Shown here piece by piece: positions 27,763 through 37,093 of a DNA stretch of 64,000 nucleotides. The stretch is taken from IMG/VR virus record IMGVR_UViG_3300006467_000134, positions 32,001 to 96,000 of that record; one strand, given 5' to 3'. Within the stretch, counting starts at the first letter, position 1. Every line of letters begins with the position of its first letter. Below the pieces are notes generated by a model. That model ran no database searches. It saw nothing but the letters and a program-made list of their open reading frames with translations, and had not been told where the DNA came from. Position numbers and translations under genes: made by a program. The DNA comes from a virus. Lineage: Duplodnaviria > Caudoviricetes.

Positions 27763-29928
27763 CTAAATATTACATATCTTCCTTAGTCGCCAACCATCAA
27801 CAACGAAGCCTACAGGATCCGCACAAACTCCCAACGAAAATTGGATAGTAAAACTTGACCCTGTACATGTCCAGGTCTCACTGAAGTACGTTCGAGTTCC
27901 TGTATTCAGGATACCCTGCGAGCCAGTCTGACTATTGGTGTAGGTAATGGGCTGAATAATACCAGCACCACTTCCGAGAGGATGGATACCCGTGATTGGG
28001 TAAATCTTCTGAACGTAGCAATCAAAAATGTATTCATCACCAACACTGGCATCTGCGTGATTATACGTGCATTGGGGAGTGCCTGCACCTGATTGAGCAA
28101 TCGTAAGTGTAAGATCCTGGAAGTTCACGAACTCAGTACTACTGGCATTACCAATAGTGAAGTAGGGATCTACTGATTGATATCCACCATTTCTGGCAGC
28201 AATCAAGTTACCACTAATGAGATCTCGTGTTCCGTCCAAACATGAAAAATCCTGCACTGTCAAATTCATAGTCAGGTCATGCGGTGCTGAGTAGTCCACT
28301 TGAATCCCGACCACCAAAGCAGTTACTTCTCGTCGCTCGATCTCGCTGGTTCCCATAGTGGTGAACGTTATCACGTCATTCAGACGTATGTCAGCAATAT
28401 ATGGCACTGTCAAGGACATGGTGGCATTATCAAGAAACAACTCCTGGTAACGCCTTTTAAGAATCCGAGTTAGCTTCTCAGGTGAGTCTGCATACTTGTT
28501 TGAAATAGTTTCAACTGTCCACCCACATTCACCTGTTTGGTTGTTATCCTTCAAGCTGGCCGTTACCGCCGTCGTTGGATTTGAACCAGGATTTAGTATT
28601 GGACGCTGCAATGGAAGCTGCCTTATGTTTTTCTGACCTGCTCCACCAGCAGGACCACCAATAAGATTACCGAGAGGTACAATAGGTGGTTTAGCAACTT
28701 TCTTGATCTCAAATTTGCGAGCAAGCTTATTTTCTTCCTCGATCTTCTGCTCTACCTTCGGAGGTGCAGCTGGAGGATTGACCATCTCACTAATACGCTT
28801 GACAGTGTTGGCCTCCATTTTCTTGGCCCTGTCGTTAACCGCTTCCTGGTGTGCTTGCCCAGTGGCTATACGGTTGTGTACCTGGTTAATGGCATTTTCG
28901 TAGGCCTTCAACCATTCTGGTGTTGCCTCTTTAGTTGGTCGAATCTGCCCAGTCAAACCAAGATTGATCAGCTCGTCGGAAACAAAGGTTCCATCTTTCT
29001 TACGAGCTTTGATTCTAGTAAGACCGTCTCCCAACACTGTTTGAGTATACAGATTGATGTCATCAGAAACTAACTCAACGTTCAAAAGATCTTTTTCGTT
29101 CGCTGAGATGTTTGCGACTTGAATCTCCGGTGTCTTATTTCCAATACCAGAAATTACACGGGTGTTATAGTTTCCAGGTACGGACCCAAAACCGTTTGTG
29201 TTGTCCGCAGTTCTAGAGTCCGTCAGTACCTTGTACCCTGAGGAGGCTACTGCAGTATTTGCTCCAGTGCCATTGATCAAGTATGTATTCTGAGGACCAA
29301 CAGATTTCTTGCTGACATAGATCGTCCACTCAGGTGGAATTACATGGTCTACAGAACTATTTTGATCCTTCCAATCACCAAACTCAATGTTGCCTCCCGC
29401 CTGTACATACATTGTTCCACCAGCTGCCTGGGCAAGCTGTTTTAATTCTTCCCAAGCAGACTCTCCGTCTACGCGAGTAGACAAAGTAAATGTGCTGGTA
29501 AGATTGTTGGTAACCAATGCCGAAGGAACACCAAGATATGTATCTAGGATTGTGTCAATCAGATCTGGGATCGAACTACTAAATATCTCAGTAGTCAGAG
29601 GAATCTGATTCAATCTGAAATAGTAAGAGGACAGTTGAACTGTCAGCTGATCAGTGGTAGTATCTTGGTACTCGTCATAGGTACCAATCAAACCGGCGAT
29701 CCAGCTCGGAGTGGTACTGTATAAATCGGCGTCTGGTGTTCCAGTAATATCCGATCCATACGTTTGTGTTGTCGGAAATTGGTAGACCAGGGGAACACAG
29801 GTATCATAACATCCTGCATAGAACTGTCCACCTTGATTAGCAAGTACTACAGTTGCACTATAGTCGGAACTTAGTGACAAGGTTGCACTTGCTTTTATCA
29901 AATTGTCTTCAAGCTCAGTTAGGCTCAT
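27763..29928 (-). CDS. Tail tip/baseplate hub-like structural protein
   Basis: 721 aa; hub-like pattern (SAWEELKQLAQAAGGTMYVQAGGNIEF; IRLNDVIT); last gene of tail module. Confidence 0.55.
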   Translation of the reverse strand: MSLTELEDNLIKASATLSLSSDYSATVVLANQGGQFYAGCYDTCVPLVYQFPTTQTYGSDITGTPDADLYSTTPSWIAGLIGTYDEYQDTTTDQLTVQLSSYYFRLNQIPLTTEIFSSSIPDLIDTILDTYLGVPSALVTNNLTSTFTLSTRVDGESAWEELKQLAQAAGGTMYVQAGGNIEFGDWKDQNSSVDHVIPPEWTIYVSKKSVGPQNTYLINGTGANTAVASSGYKVLTDSRTADNTNGFGSVPGNYNTRVISGIGNKTPEIQVANISANEKDLLNVELVSDDINLYTQTVLGDGLTRIKARKKDGTFVSDELINLGLTGQIRPTKEATPEWLKAYENAINQVHNRIATGQAHQEAVNDRAKKMEANTVKRISEMVNPPAAPPKVEQKIEEENKLARKFEIKKVAKPPIVPLGNLIGGPAGGAGQKNIRQLPLQRPILNPGSNPTTAVTASLKDNNQTGECGWTVETISNKYADSPEKLTRILKRRYQELFLDNATMSLTVPYIADIRLNDVITFTTMGTSEIERREVTALVVGIQVDYSAPHDLTMNLTVQDFSCLDGTRDLISGNLIAARNGGYQSVDPYFTIGNASSTEFVNFQDLTLTIAQSGAGTPQCTYNHADASVGDEYIFDCYVQKIYPITGIHPLGSGAGIIQPITYTNSQTGSQGILNTGTRTYFSETWTCTGSSFTIQFSLGVCADPVGFVVDGWRLRKICNI

Positions 29929-31463
29929 AGGTCGTACCTCGGATTACGAAAGTCTTTACAGAAGACTTTAACGTCGGCATATTTTTGAAGATCGTATCGT
30001 GGGACAAACATGTTAAATGTTGTCTGAAGTGGTTCGGCTGGATCATCCCAATCTTGAACATTGTTGTAAACCAAAACTACCCAAGAGAATCTACTGGCTT
30101 GCTTTAGGATCCTCCGACGCTCGTCACTTGGCTTACTGCGAAAATCAGTAAGTACCAGAACTTCTCCTGTAACTGAGCCTAGTTGTTTGGTTTGAGTTAC
30201 TGAGTAGTCTTGTACTTTCAGAGCCTCAGTTAAAGGACCGGTATCGTAACAAACAATGCCTTTTCCTAATTCAAGAATCTGATTCGCCGGTGCAACAGAG
30301 TTATCTAGTGTCCTGATTGACTGTACTGACCCTTTTACAAAGCCATTTACATCTTTCTCGATGAAGCTTAACCATTTAGGACCCACGCTCTCAATGCGAA
30401 AACGTCTGTCGTTCCATAAAGGGGTTCTGGTTCTTTGTAGATGCTGAACCATAGTGTACATACGATTAAGAGTTTCCTCGACACTGACGATCTGGTAGTA
30501 GGAGTTGTGCCGATAGGATAGATGATCGATTGGAACAAACGTTCCTTGTGGATCAATCTCCATGAAGACTCCAAGTGCTGGTACTACCTGAGGTAGTCCT
30601 ATCAATCGAGACTCCAAATAGGAAACACCAAACCCTTCCCCTGCGGTAAGATTTAAGGTTGCATCACTTAATTTGTAGAGCTCAATCAAATCCTCTTTAG
30701 GGAGACTCTGAGGAATCAAAGTAAACTTGTCTTCTACTCCAAAAGTCTTAACCGCCCGAGAAACATTAAACGAGTCTGGAGTGACTCGATCATGACATCT
30801 TCCAAGGTAACGAACATTATCGTAACCTAAACCAGCGAGAGCTTGAAGAGCTAGATCCCAATGTTTCCGCCAGTAGTTGGCATTTACATTCACAAAAATA
30901 TAGTCTTCCGGACGAAGATCTACCTTTAATTTGTCAGACCACTTTTCACGCAGCTCAGCTACTTCGTTGTGGTCATACTTAGTGAAGGCAAACTCAGGAT
31001 CAGCCATGTGATAGGCAACCCGGTTTGTTGGAAAGATATCCTTCCAAAGATCCGCGGCAAACTTGCTCATGTGGATCACGGAATTGGGTCGAAGAGACTT
31101 TCCATAGGTATTTGCATATTGGCTGTAGTTATCAGTTGAAACTCCCTCAAACGCCCACCAATAGTACACAGGGCAATTGTGCATTACTTCATTCATTTCA
31201 AACAACTTAACCGTTGTCCAGCTACCAGCCAACACAATTACTGCATCTGGTTGTAGGTTTCGAATCTCCGATTCAACCTCGAATGAGTCATTGATATCAT
31301 TTAGTAGGGTAATATCGTATCCCTCTCGCCCACAATTACCAAGATTATAGGTAAGGTAATGACATTGGTGTCCTTGGGAAACAAAATAATCCCCAAGCAG
31401 CTGGGCCTGATGACCGAAGCCGGTGGGGATCTTTGGGCTGTCTGAAACAAATACAATCTTCAT
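29925..31463 (-). CDS. GT-B glycosyltransferase (GT4-like)
   Basis: SDSP..PTGFG; VNANYWRKH; GEGFGVSYLES (EX7E). Confidence 0.85.
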   Translation of the reverse strand: MKIVFVSDSPKIPTGFGHQAQLLGDYFVSQGHQCHYLTYNLGNCGREGYDITLLNDINDSFEVESEIRNLQPDAVIVLAGSWTTVKLFEMNEVMHNCPVYYWWAFEGVSTDNYSQYANTYGKSLRPNSVIHMSKFAADLWKDIFPTNRVAYHMADPEFAFTKYDHNEVAELREKWSDKLKVDLRPEDYIFVNVNANYWRKHWDLALQALAGLGYDNVRYLGRCHDRVTPDSFNVSRAVKTFGVEDKFTLIPQSLPKEDLIELYKLSDATLNLTAGEGFGVSYLESRLIGLPQVVPALGVFMEIDPQGTFVPIDHLSYRHNSYYQIVSVEETLNRMYTMVQHLQRTRTPLWNDRRFRIESVGPKWLSFIEKDVNGFVKGSVQSIRTLDNSVAPANQILELGKGIVCYDTGPLTEALKVQDYSVTQTKQLGSVTGEVLVLTDFRSKPSDERRRILKQASRFSWVVLVYNNVQDWDDPAEPLQTTFNMFVPRYDLQKYADVKVFCKDFRNPRYDL

Positions 31464-31467
31464 GTTT

Positions 31468-31695
31468 TTACCAACGGTTGTCTGGGCAGGATTCGCTTTT
31501 CAAAGTAGTCTTTTCCGGAAGGTAGCACCAACATTCACCACATCGGTCTTCTACACGTAGATCACATGCTGAGCATTTTGCCAGGCGGCTGGCTTGTTCA
31601 GGAACAGTTGCTCGTTCATATCCCGACTGCATTGCTCTCCATTGAGCTTTCAAACATCGGAAGGGTCCAATAAAGATGAAGGATAACCAGCTCAT
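31468..31695 (-). CDS. Small Cys-rich protein (DUF6171-like)
   Basis: RLAKCSAC....RCGECWCYL..K......CP..RW. Confidence 0.6.
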   Translation of the reverse strand: MSWLSFIFIGPFRCLKAQWRAMQSGYERATVPEQASRLAKCSACDLRVEDRCGECWCYLPEKTTLKSESCPDNRW

Positions 31696-31946
31696 TTAGG
31701 CAGACTCCCTTTTGGGGTACAGTCCTCACATGAATCACAAATGCGAAGATCCTTGTCATTTGGTGGTGCGTGTGTAGCACATCGAAGCTGATATAGTGCA
31801 CAGTCATAGACGTATTCTCTGTAGCGAGATCCACCACAAGTACAGCCTTTTCCATTAGGCCTATAGCGTGATGGATCTTTTTTGCTACGATAAATACAAG
31901 AGTTGATCTCTTTATCTGTAAAACCGTTTGGGTTCTCTTTACTCAT
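31692..31946 (-). CDS. Small Cys-rich protein
   Basis: Start MSKENP; CIYR...CTCGG...C....C...CDSCEDC. Confidence 0.5.
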   Translation of the reverse strand: MSKENPNGFTDKEINSCIYRSKKDPSRYRPNGKGCTCGGSRYREYVYDCALYQLRCATHAPPNDKDLRICDSCEDCTPKGSLPK

Positions 31947-32220
31947 TCTTGTTCCTATATCCGAGTTTGTAGAGAATTTCGGCCAGCACTTTGCCGGCAT
32001 CATCAATTGCTTCCTCGTCTAGATCCCAAAAGCAGGCGTGTAGAATTTCATGGCATATTACCTCAAGTTTTTCTTCACCTTTGAGGTCCTTGTCTATTTG
32101 GATCTTACGTGGATATTTTTTCGTAGGTTTATCACAAACTCCCTTAACCTTCTCATTTTCATGATGAAGGTCCTTGACGAACTTTAAAATATACGCTTTT
32201 CCTCTTACTCGAATTCGCAT
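31939..32220 (-). CDS. Small HExxH metallopeptidase-like protein
   Basis: G.CD...I.ID...EVICHEILHA...E. Confidence 0.65.
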   Translation of the reverse strand: MRIRVRGKAYILKFVKDLHHENEKVKGVCDKPTKKYPRKIQIDKDLKGEEKLEVICHEILHACFWDLDEEAIDDAGKVLAEILYKLGYRNKNE

Positions 32221-33086
32221 GGCCGAAGATCCTCAGGATTCAAACTGTGCTTTAGCTGTATAATCCGTTGGTGTTCGTCATGTTCCATATCCAAAGTAGA
32301 GGCATAATAGGGAGAGTCGTCCATCCAACAAACAATGGGGTTGCTGTCCTCAGGTGTTGGCGGAACTCCATATTCAGCTCTTGTGTAGTTCAATGCTGAT
32401 AGTCCTTCCATCATTCTTAATACGGGGAGCCATCGCTTATACATCGACTTGTATTCGCGAACTGCGTCCAACCATAAAGTCCAGTACTTCAGGAATTGTT
32501 TGTGAGCTGCCTTTGCTTTCTCGTTATACTCTTGGTGCATTGGACCTACCGTAGAGTCTCTCTTGGTCGCCCATTTGATTCTCTCCGATTCCCACTTATC
32601 CATCAAAGGTTTATTCTGGCGAATACGGTCTCCTATTTTCTTTAGTGGAGGTAGTGGCCAATATTGTCGTCCAAGAGGTCCATACTTCTGTATAAATCTC
32701 TTAGCTTCGTTGGGGCACATGAACTTCTGCCGGCTGGCATTTGGGTGCATCAAGCAATTGTATGATGTTGATGCCGCATGTCCCCAAGCACAGAATTTAG
32801 GATTTCCCCACAAGTGGCAAAACTCGTGGGGCATTGCATTGAAAGTCCACCAATCCGCTGATATCTTTCTGGTAGTGTCAAACCAAATATGGTTTTGATA
32901 GGTTGCTGCCGCCCACTTACCAGAAGGATATCCGGAAATAGTAAACTCAGGTTGACTTGAGTACACGAATCGAACATTCGCCAAGTTGGACAAGACATCC
33001 AATCCTCGTCGAATATGACTATAGGTTTGTTGTTGGGTATGTCCCTTAGTATTAAAGGGATACCAGGCAAACTTGATAACGGTCAT
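32205..33086 (-). CDS. Metzincin-like zinc metallopeptidase
   Basis: HEFCHLWG.......GH......CLMHP (Met-turn); start MTVIKF. Confidence 0.6.
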   Translation of the reverse strand: MTVIKFAWYPFNTKGHTQQQTYSHIRRGLDVLSNLANVRFVYSSQPEFTISGYPSGKWAAATYQNHIWFDTTRKISADWWTFNAMPHEFCHLWGNPKFCAWGHAASTSYNCLMHPNASRQKFMCPNEAKRFIQKYGPLGRQYWPLPPLKKIGDRIRQNKPLMDKWESERIKWATKRDSTVGPMHQEYNEKAKAAHKQFLKYWTLWLDAVREYKSMYKRWLPVLRMMEGLSALNYTRAEYGVPPTPEDSNPIVCWMDDSPYYASTLDMEHDEHQRIIQLKHSLNPEDLRPCEFE

Positions 33087-33087
33087 G

Positions 33088-33213
33088 CTAATTTCCAAAA
33101 AGAACTGCAAATATCTGGTCTGGGTTACCAACGTTGATAACACCGTATGCAATGGCGAGCATGATCAATATCGTGATACTAAGTGGTGATCTGGAAATTC
33201 TTTCTTCGTCCAT
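33088..33213 (-). CDS. 41-aa membrane peptide (not in ORF track)
   Basis: Manual translation MDEERISRSPLSITILIMLAIAYGVINVGNPDQIFAVLFGN fills the gap between neighbours. Confidence 0.4.
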   Translation of the reverse strand: MDEERISRSPLSITILIMLAIAYGVINVGNPDQIFAVLFGN

Positions 33214-34408
33214 CGCTTGGGAAAGTATGGAGCTCGAACTGCTCGTACTTCAAAGTGAGGTACTCTTGGGGATTTGTTCGGTCGTCCAGCAATTTCACAC
33301 GCGATACATCTGGGCAAATGCGTAGCCATCCTTTATTGTCTGTTAGTACAATAAGAGCTGACTCTAAACTAGAATCCAAGTTAGGCAAGGCTCGTCCACG
33401 ACGGGTAAGAGAATCGCCAGATGGTTCAACTCCATCATCTGAGGTGCGGAAATTTTGTAGTGCTTTGGTGCGTAACCAATCTTGGATAGTTCGGTGTGGT
33501 CGGCGGTTGTAAGGACCTTTGAGAAACAAATCACGGAACTTATCAAGATCTTGTTCAATGGTTCGGTATACTTGTGCAGACAGGCTGTAAGCTCTTAGAT
33601 CCTCAGTAAAGGTTACCTTTACTACATCTGCGTAATCTTTATCGGTCTTTAGATTACCCGTCCATCCTTGGATAATTCCAATATTACTGTCTGCCGCTTT
33701 CCGTACCTGGCGAATGTATTGTGGCAAATTCACAGCCACTTCCATATTGGCATCCAAGACAGTGACCTCTTTATACCCTTGATTGAACAGCTCTTTTAAG
33801 CTGTGGAGTAGCAAGCGGCCATGACCAATGTCCTTGACTTTAAAAACTTGCATCCCGTGCTGCTCGGCATAACCAAGTAGTTCGGATTGTCGAGCTTCTG
33901 TGTAGGGGCTCTTTGAGTCAATGATGGCTACCGCGGCAACGTCAACACCTTTAAATCTTGCCACATCATCCAATGTAGTGTGTGTTGTAGGAAGTGACTC
34001 AATCAGTACCAAAACGGCATGATCATGCTTTTTCTTCATCGGTAGAGGATCCTCTAACAGATGATAGTTGAACTCAATCGGGGGAGCGTCCTTGTATTTG
34101 AAGGATTCTCCAGTAGCATCATCGAGCCGGCGATGTCCCTTCCAAGGTTCCTTGTCCTTTGGAATTAGACGCACTTCTGCCAGAGAGGATCGTCCAACAA
34201 ATTCAGCATCTTTGTCCCAATAAAGCATAACGAATTTGTAGGTATTACCCTTGAAAAACTTTAGCTTTGGCCGCTCGTTAGGATCATTAGTGTACTCGTA
34301 ACGATCCACTTCACCCAGCTCATCTTTAACTTCGCCTTCACCTAGGACAACATCCCGGGCACCAATCAATGTTTGTAGTTTGTATTCTTCTGTTTTCAGT
34401 TCGGACAT
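33179..34408 (-). CDS. Possible divergent GT-A glycosyltransferase
   Basis: In GT cluster; LF...Y.EVTVLDANM resembles a degenerate DxD region; C-terminal RICPDVSRV. Confidence 0.4.
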   Translation of the reverse strand: MSELKTEEYKLQTLIGARDVVLGEGEVKDELGEVDRYEYTNDPNERPKLKFFKGNTYKFVMLYWDKDAEFVGRSSLAEVRLIPKDKEPWKGHRRLDDATGESFKYKDAPPIEFNYHLLEDPLPMKKKHDHAVLVLIESLPTTHTTLDDVARFKGVDVAAVAIIDSKSPYTEARQSELLGYAEQHGMQVFKVKDIGHGRLLLHSLKELFNQGYKEVTVLDANMEVAVNLPQYIRQVRKAADSNIGIIQGWTGNLKTDKDYADVVKVTFTEDLRAYSLSAQVYRTIEQDLDKFRDLFLKGPYNRRPHRTIQDWLRTKALQNFRTSDDGVEPSGDSLTRRGRALPNLDSSLESALIVLTDNKGWLRICPDVSRVKLLDDRTNPQEYLTLKYEQFELHTFPSDGRRKNFQITT

Positions 34409-35103
34409 CTTGGTTCCTGAATAAGTTTGGTGTATAGTTCGTAGGTCAGGTCATCAAAAACTGGGGCGATCACACTTACAGGCTTTCGGTACTGTGGTTG
34501 ATGCTTGCTATACTCCACAGAACTGGAATGCCTGGCATGTGTGTCTTGCCAGCGGTACAGGTATGAAGGACAGGTAAGCTCTGGTTCCTGGTGTTTGGTT
34601 AGATCGGAGATAAACTGCAGATCGAAGCTACTGGCGGTTGACCAATATCCTACATGACCCATAGCTCCTCTGGAAACAACCAAGGTTCCATGGAAACGTC
34701 CTTTAGTGTTCTCTTCCAACCAGTAAGTACCGTCTGGTTTGTCATAGGTGGTCCAAATCTTACCACATTTTGACCAACCGTCTTTATTCTTACTGGCCGC
34801 CTCTACTCCCTGGCTCAAATGCCAAGGAAGATAGAGATCGTCGTCGTCCCAAAGAGCAAAGTAATTCCAAGCAGTTGGCATTACCTTCAACATGTGCATG
34901 TACTTCTCACCGAGACTTGGGAATCTAGTGGAAGTGCTGAGTAACGCCCAGTTATCGCCTTTTTGCTCGGGGTAGTTACCCTGGTCATCGAGAATTAGCA
35001 AATACTTGTCCTGGTAGTCCTGAGCTAGGAACATTGCCAAGGTATTTTGAATCATCGATGGGTGACGCCCATAGGTGGGGCATAAGCAAACGACTTTACT
35101 CAT
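34396..35103 (-). CDS. GT2-family glycosyltransferase
   Basis: CLCPTYGR, FLAQDY, LILDD, LGEK, WDDDDLYLPWHL. Confidence 0.85.
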   Translation of the reverse strand: MSKVVCLCPTYGRHPSMIQNTLAMFLAQDYQDKYLLILDDQGNYPEQKGDNWALLSTSTRFPSLGEKYMHMLKVMPTAWNYFALWDDDDLYLPWHLSQGVEAASKNKDGWSKCGKIWTTYDKPDGTYWLEENTKGRFHGTLVVSRGAMGHVGYWSTASSFDLQFISDLTKHQEPELTCPSYLYRWQDTHARHSSSVEYSKHQPQYRKPVSVIAPVFDDLTYELYTKLIQEPRCPN

Positions 35104-37084
35104 AGTACCAGGCTTCCTCTTTGGCAATAGTCTTGCGAGCTCGCTTAATACACTTTTTGATCATTCTAGTAATCTGTCCAGATTGATCAGCAAGCCAGAA
35201 AGCTTTTTGCTTTTTCATTTTCTCGGCATTATTCTTGAGCTGCTCCCGGATTACCTCGATGTTCTCTTCACACCAGTTAGGACCCATTCGATCCATGTGA
35301 GCTGCAAACTTATTGCAGGAACAGTTAGCTCCTGGCTTCATACCAAAAAACTCCAGGTACTTTTTCAATTCAGTGCCCGGTCCATAACCTGGTGTCCAAG
35401 GACGAATTGGTTCCTGTGGTTTTAATTCTGGTACTTTAGACAGTACAGTCATTCCGCCCTGTTGTGGCACATGATCAACAATAAACCAGTCTGTTTTCCT
35501 AATCCAAGGTTCGATAGCGTGACGTACACCAGGTAGATGATTATCACCTACTTTAGGTCCTCGTTCGCCATAATCTTGAGTACCATGAATGAAGATGAAC
35601 TTGTTTACCTTATCGCCATGCTTGTTCAAACAGGCTGACAGATATCCAGCGTCGGAGCGAACATCCAAGTACAAAAGGTCACATTGTTCGATCTCGGTTT
35701 CTACCGCCTCTCCAGACTCAAAGTTGTGACCCTCCATACCTGCGAACTCAAGCTTGAATTTCCAGTTAGGATCGTTCTTGAGAATCACGTTGTAGCTTGG
35801 GTCAAGCTCTGTCTGGAAGCTGTGTAGGAACTCAGCATCCTCGGGCAGCGAGCCAGCAAAAGCCAAAGTACTCTCTCGAATGTTTGAGAACTCCGTAACA
35901 CTCTTGCTCATCTCGGTGTATCGTTTGATAGCACCAAAATGATCTCTGAGGTACCTAGGCTTTTTCTCCATCCAAGGAATTAGCTCAGAGAGCTTGGTAC
36001 TTGGAGGCGGACCCTCTTGAGGTGTGCGGTGGCACTTACCTACAGTCTCCGTAGCCCCGAGAGGCTTGTTGACGTTGATTGGGTCTTGGGCAATAGTGTT
36101 CCACTGAATCAAAGGAAGCTTTCGCTCATTGATAAAGTGGTGACGCATAGTGGTAGTGTCAAGTCCCAGTTCCTGCCACTCGATCATGTAGTTTCGTACA
36201 CGATTGTACTGAGTGTTGGGAAATGGAGTCTTGCTAGTCTTGCCACGGAATCGATGAAACCACTTGAAGGACGAAAGACAGACAGCCCGCTTACCAGCCT
36301 GCCTGAATTTCTCGTGCATATAGAACTCTTCGCCGCCGAAACCATCCACATGGGGATTGAAGCCTTCCCAGTGCTCTTTACGACATGCAAATAAGCCCAT
36401 CCCCATAGAGGGAATCTCAAAGACTTCTGCAACCGAGTCAGTCTTTACAAGACCAAAATCATGCAGGTTTGCGGGACTAATATCCTTGGGAATAATTCTC
36501 CCATCTAGTTCCTCCAGGGGCGGCTGGGTTTGGCAGTCGTGAAATATGTTCCACAATCGCCATTGCTGTGGCTCTCCCTGTGGTGTGGGAATGCGAACAC
36601 AGGCAACGTCCGTCTCCCCGTCAGGGAAGCGATAAGCCTGTGCCCATCGTCCGTACATCTCGTTTGACCAGATGCCTTGGAAGTGAGTTTCTCCGCGAAC
36701 ACCCGGATCGTAGACAAGAGGACCTTGTACAAGATCAGAGCATTCTGGGTTTGACAGATACTTTATAGCATCCAGCAATCCAGAGAAACTGACAGAGACG
36801 TGGCAGTCCATGACTACCACAATCTCTCCAGTTGCTTGCTCAAACACCATGTTCTTTGCCTTGAAGGCACTCTGTTTGGCCAGAGGAACATAGTGAACAT
36901 CAGGAAGACCTGAAATCCAATTCTTCAGGTCTTTACCCTCTTCCTTTGAAGGGTTGTTGTCAACGACAATATACTCCACTTCAAAATCCTGCGGGTTGTC
37001 CATGAAACACATTCGCATGTGCTGTAGCGTACCCCAGACTCCGTCGAAGTCGTCATAGGTCGCCATTCCAATCGTTACTTTCAT
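35096..37084 (-). CDS. GT2 glycosyltransferase fused to methyltransferase-like and Cys-containing C-terminal domains
   Basis: TIGMATYDD, VVDNNP, MDCH, GFGGEE; CDLLYLD...IFIHGT; GPGTELK...CSC. Confidence 0.8.
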   Translation of the reverse strand: MKVTIGMATYDDFDGVWGTLQHMRMCFMDNPQDFEVEYIVVDNNPSKEEGKDLKNWISGLPDVHYVPLAKQSAFKAKNMVFEQATGEIVVVMDCHVSVSFSGLLDAIKYLSNPECSDLVQGPLVYDPGVRGETHFQGIWSNEMYGRWAQAYRFPDGETDVACVRIPTPQGEPQQWRLWNIFHDCQTQPPLEELDGRIIPKDISPANLHDFGLVKTDSVAEVFEIPSMGMGLFACRKEHWEGFNPHVDGFGGEEFYMHEKFRQAGKRAVCLSSFKWFHRFRGKTSKTPFPNTQYNRVRNYMIEWQELGLDTTTMRHHFINERKLPLIQWNTIAQDPINVNKPLGATETVGKCHRTPQEGPPPSTKLSELIPWMEKKPRYLRDHFGAIKRYTEMSKSVTEFSNIRESTLAFAGSLPEDAEFLHSFQTELDPSYNVILKNDPNWKFKLEFAGMEGHNFESGEAVETEIEQCDLLYLDVRSDAGYLSACLNKHGDKVNKFIFIHGTQDYGERGPKVGDNHLPGVRHAIEPWIRKTDWFIVDHVPQQGGMTVLSKVPELKPQEPIRPWTPGYGPGTELKKYLEFFGMKPGANCSCNKFAAHMDRMGPNWCEENIEVIREQLKNNAEKMKKQKAFWLADQSGQITRMIKKCIKRARKTIAKEEAWYYE

Positions 37085-37093
37085 TATCTAATC

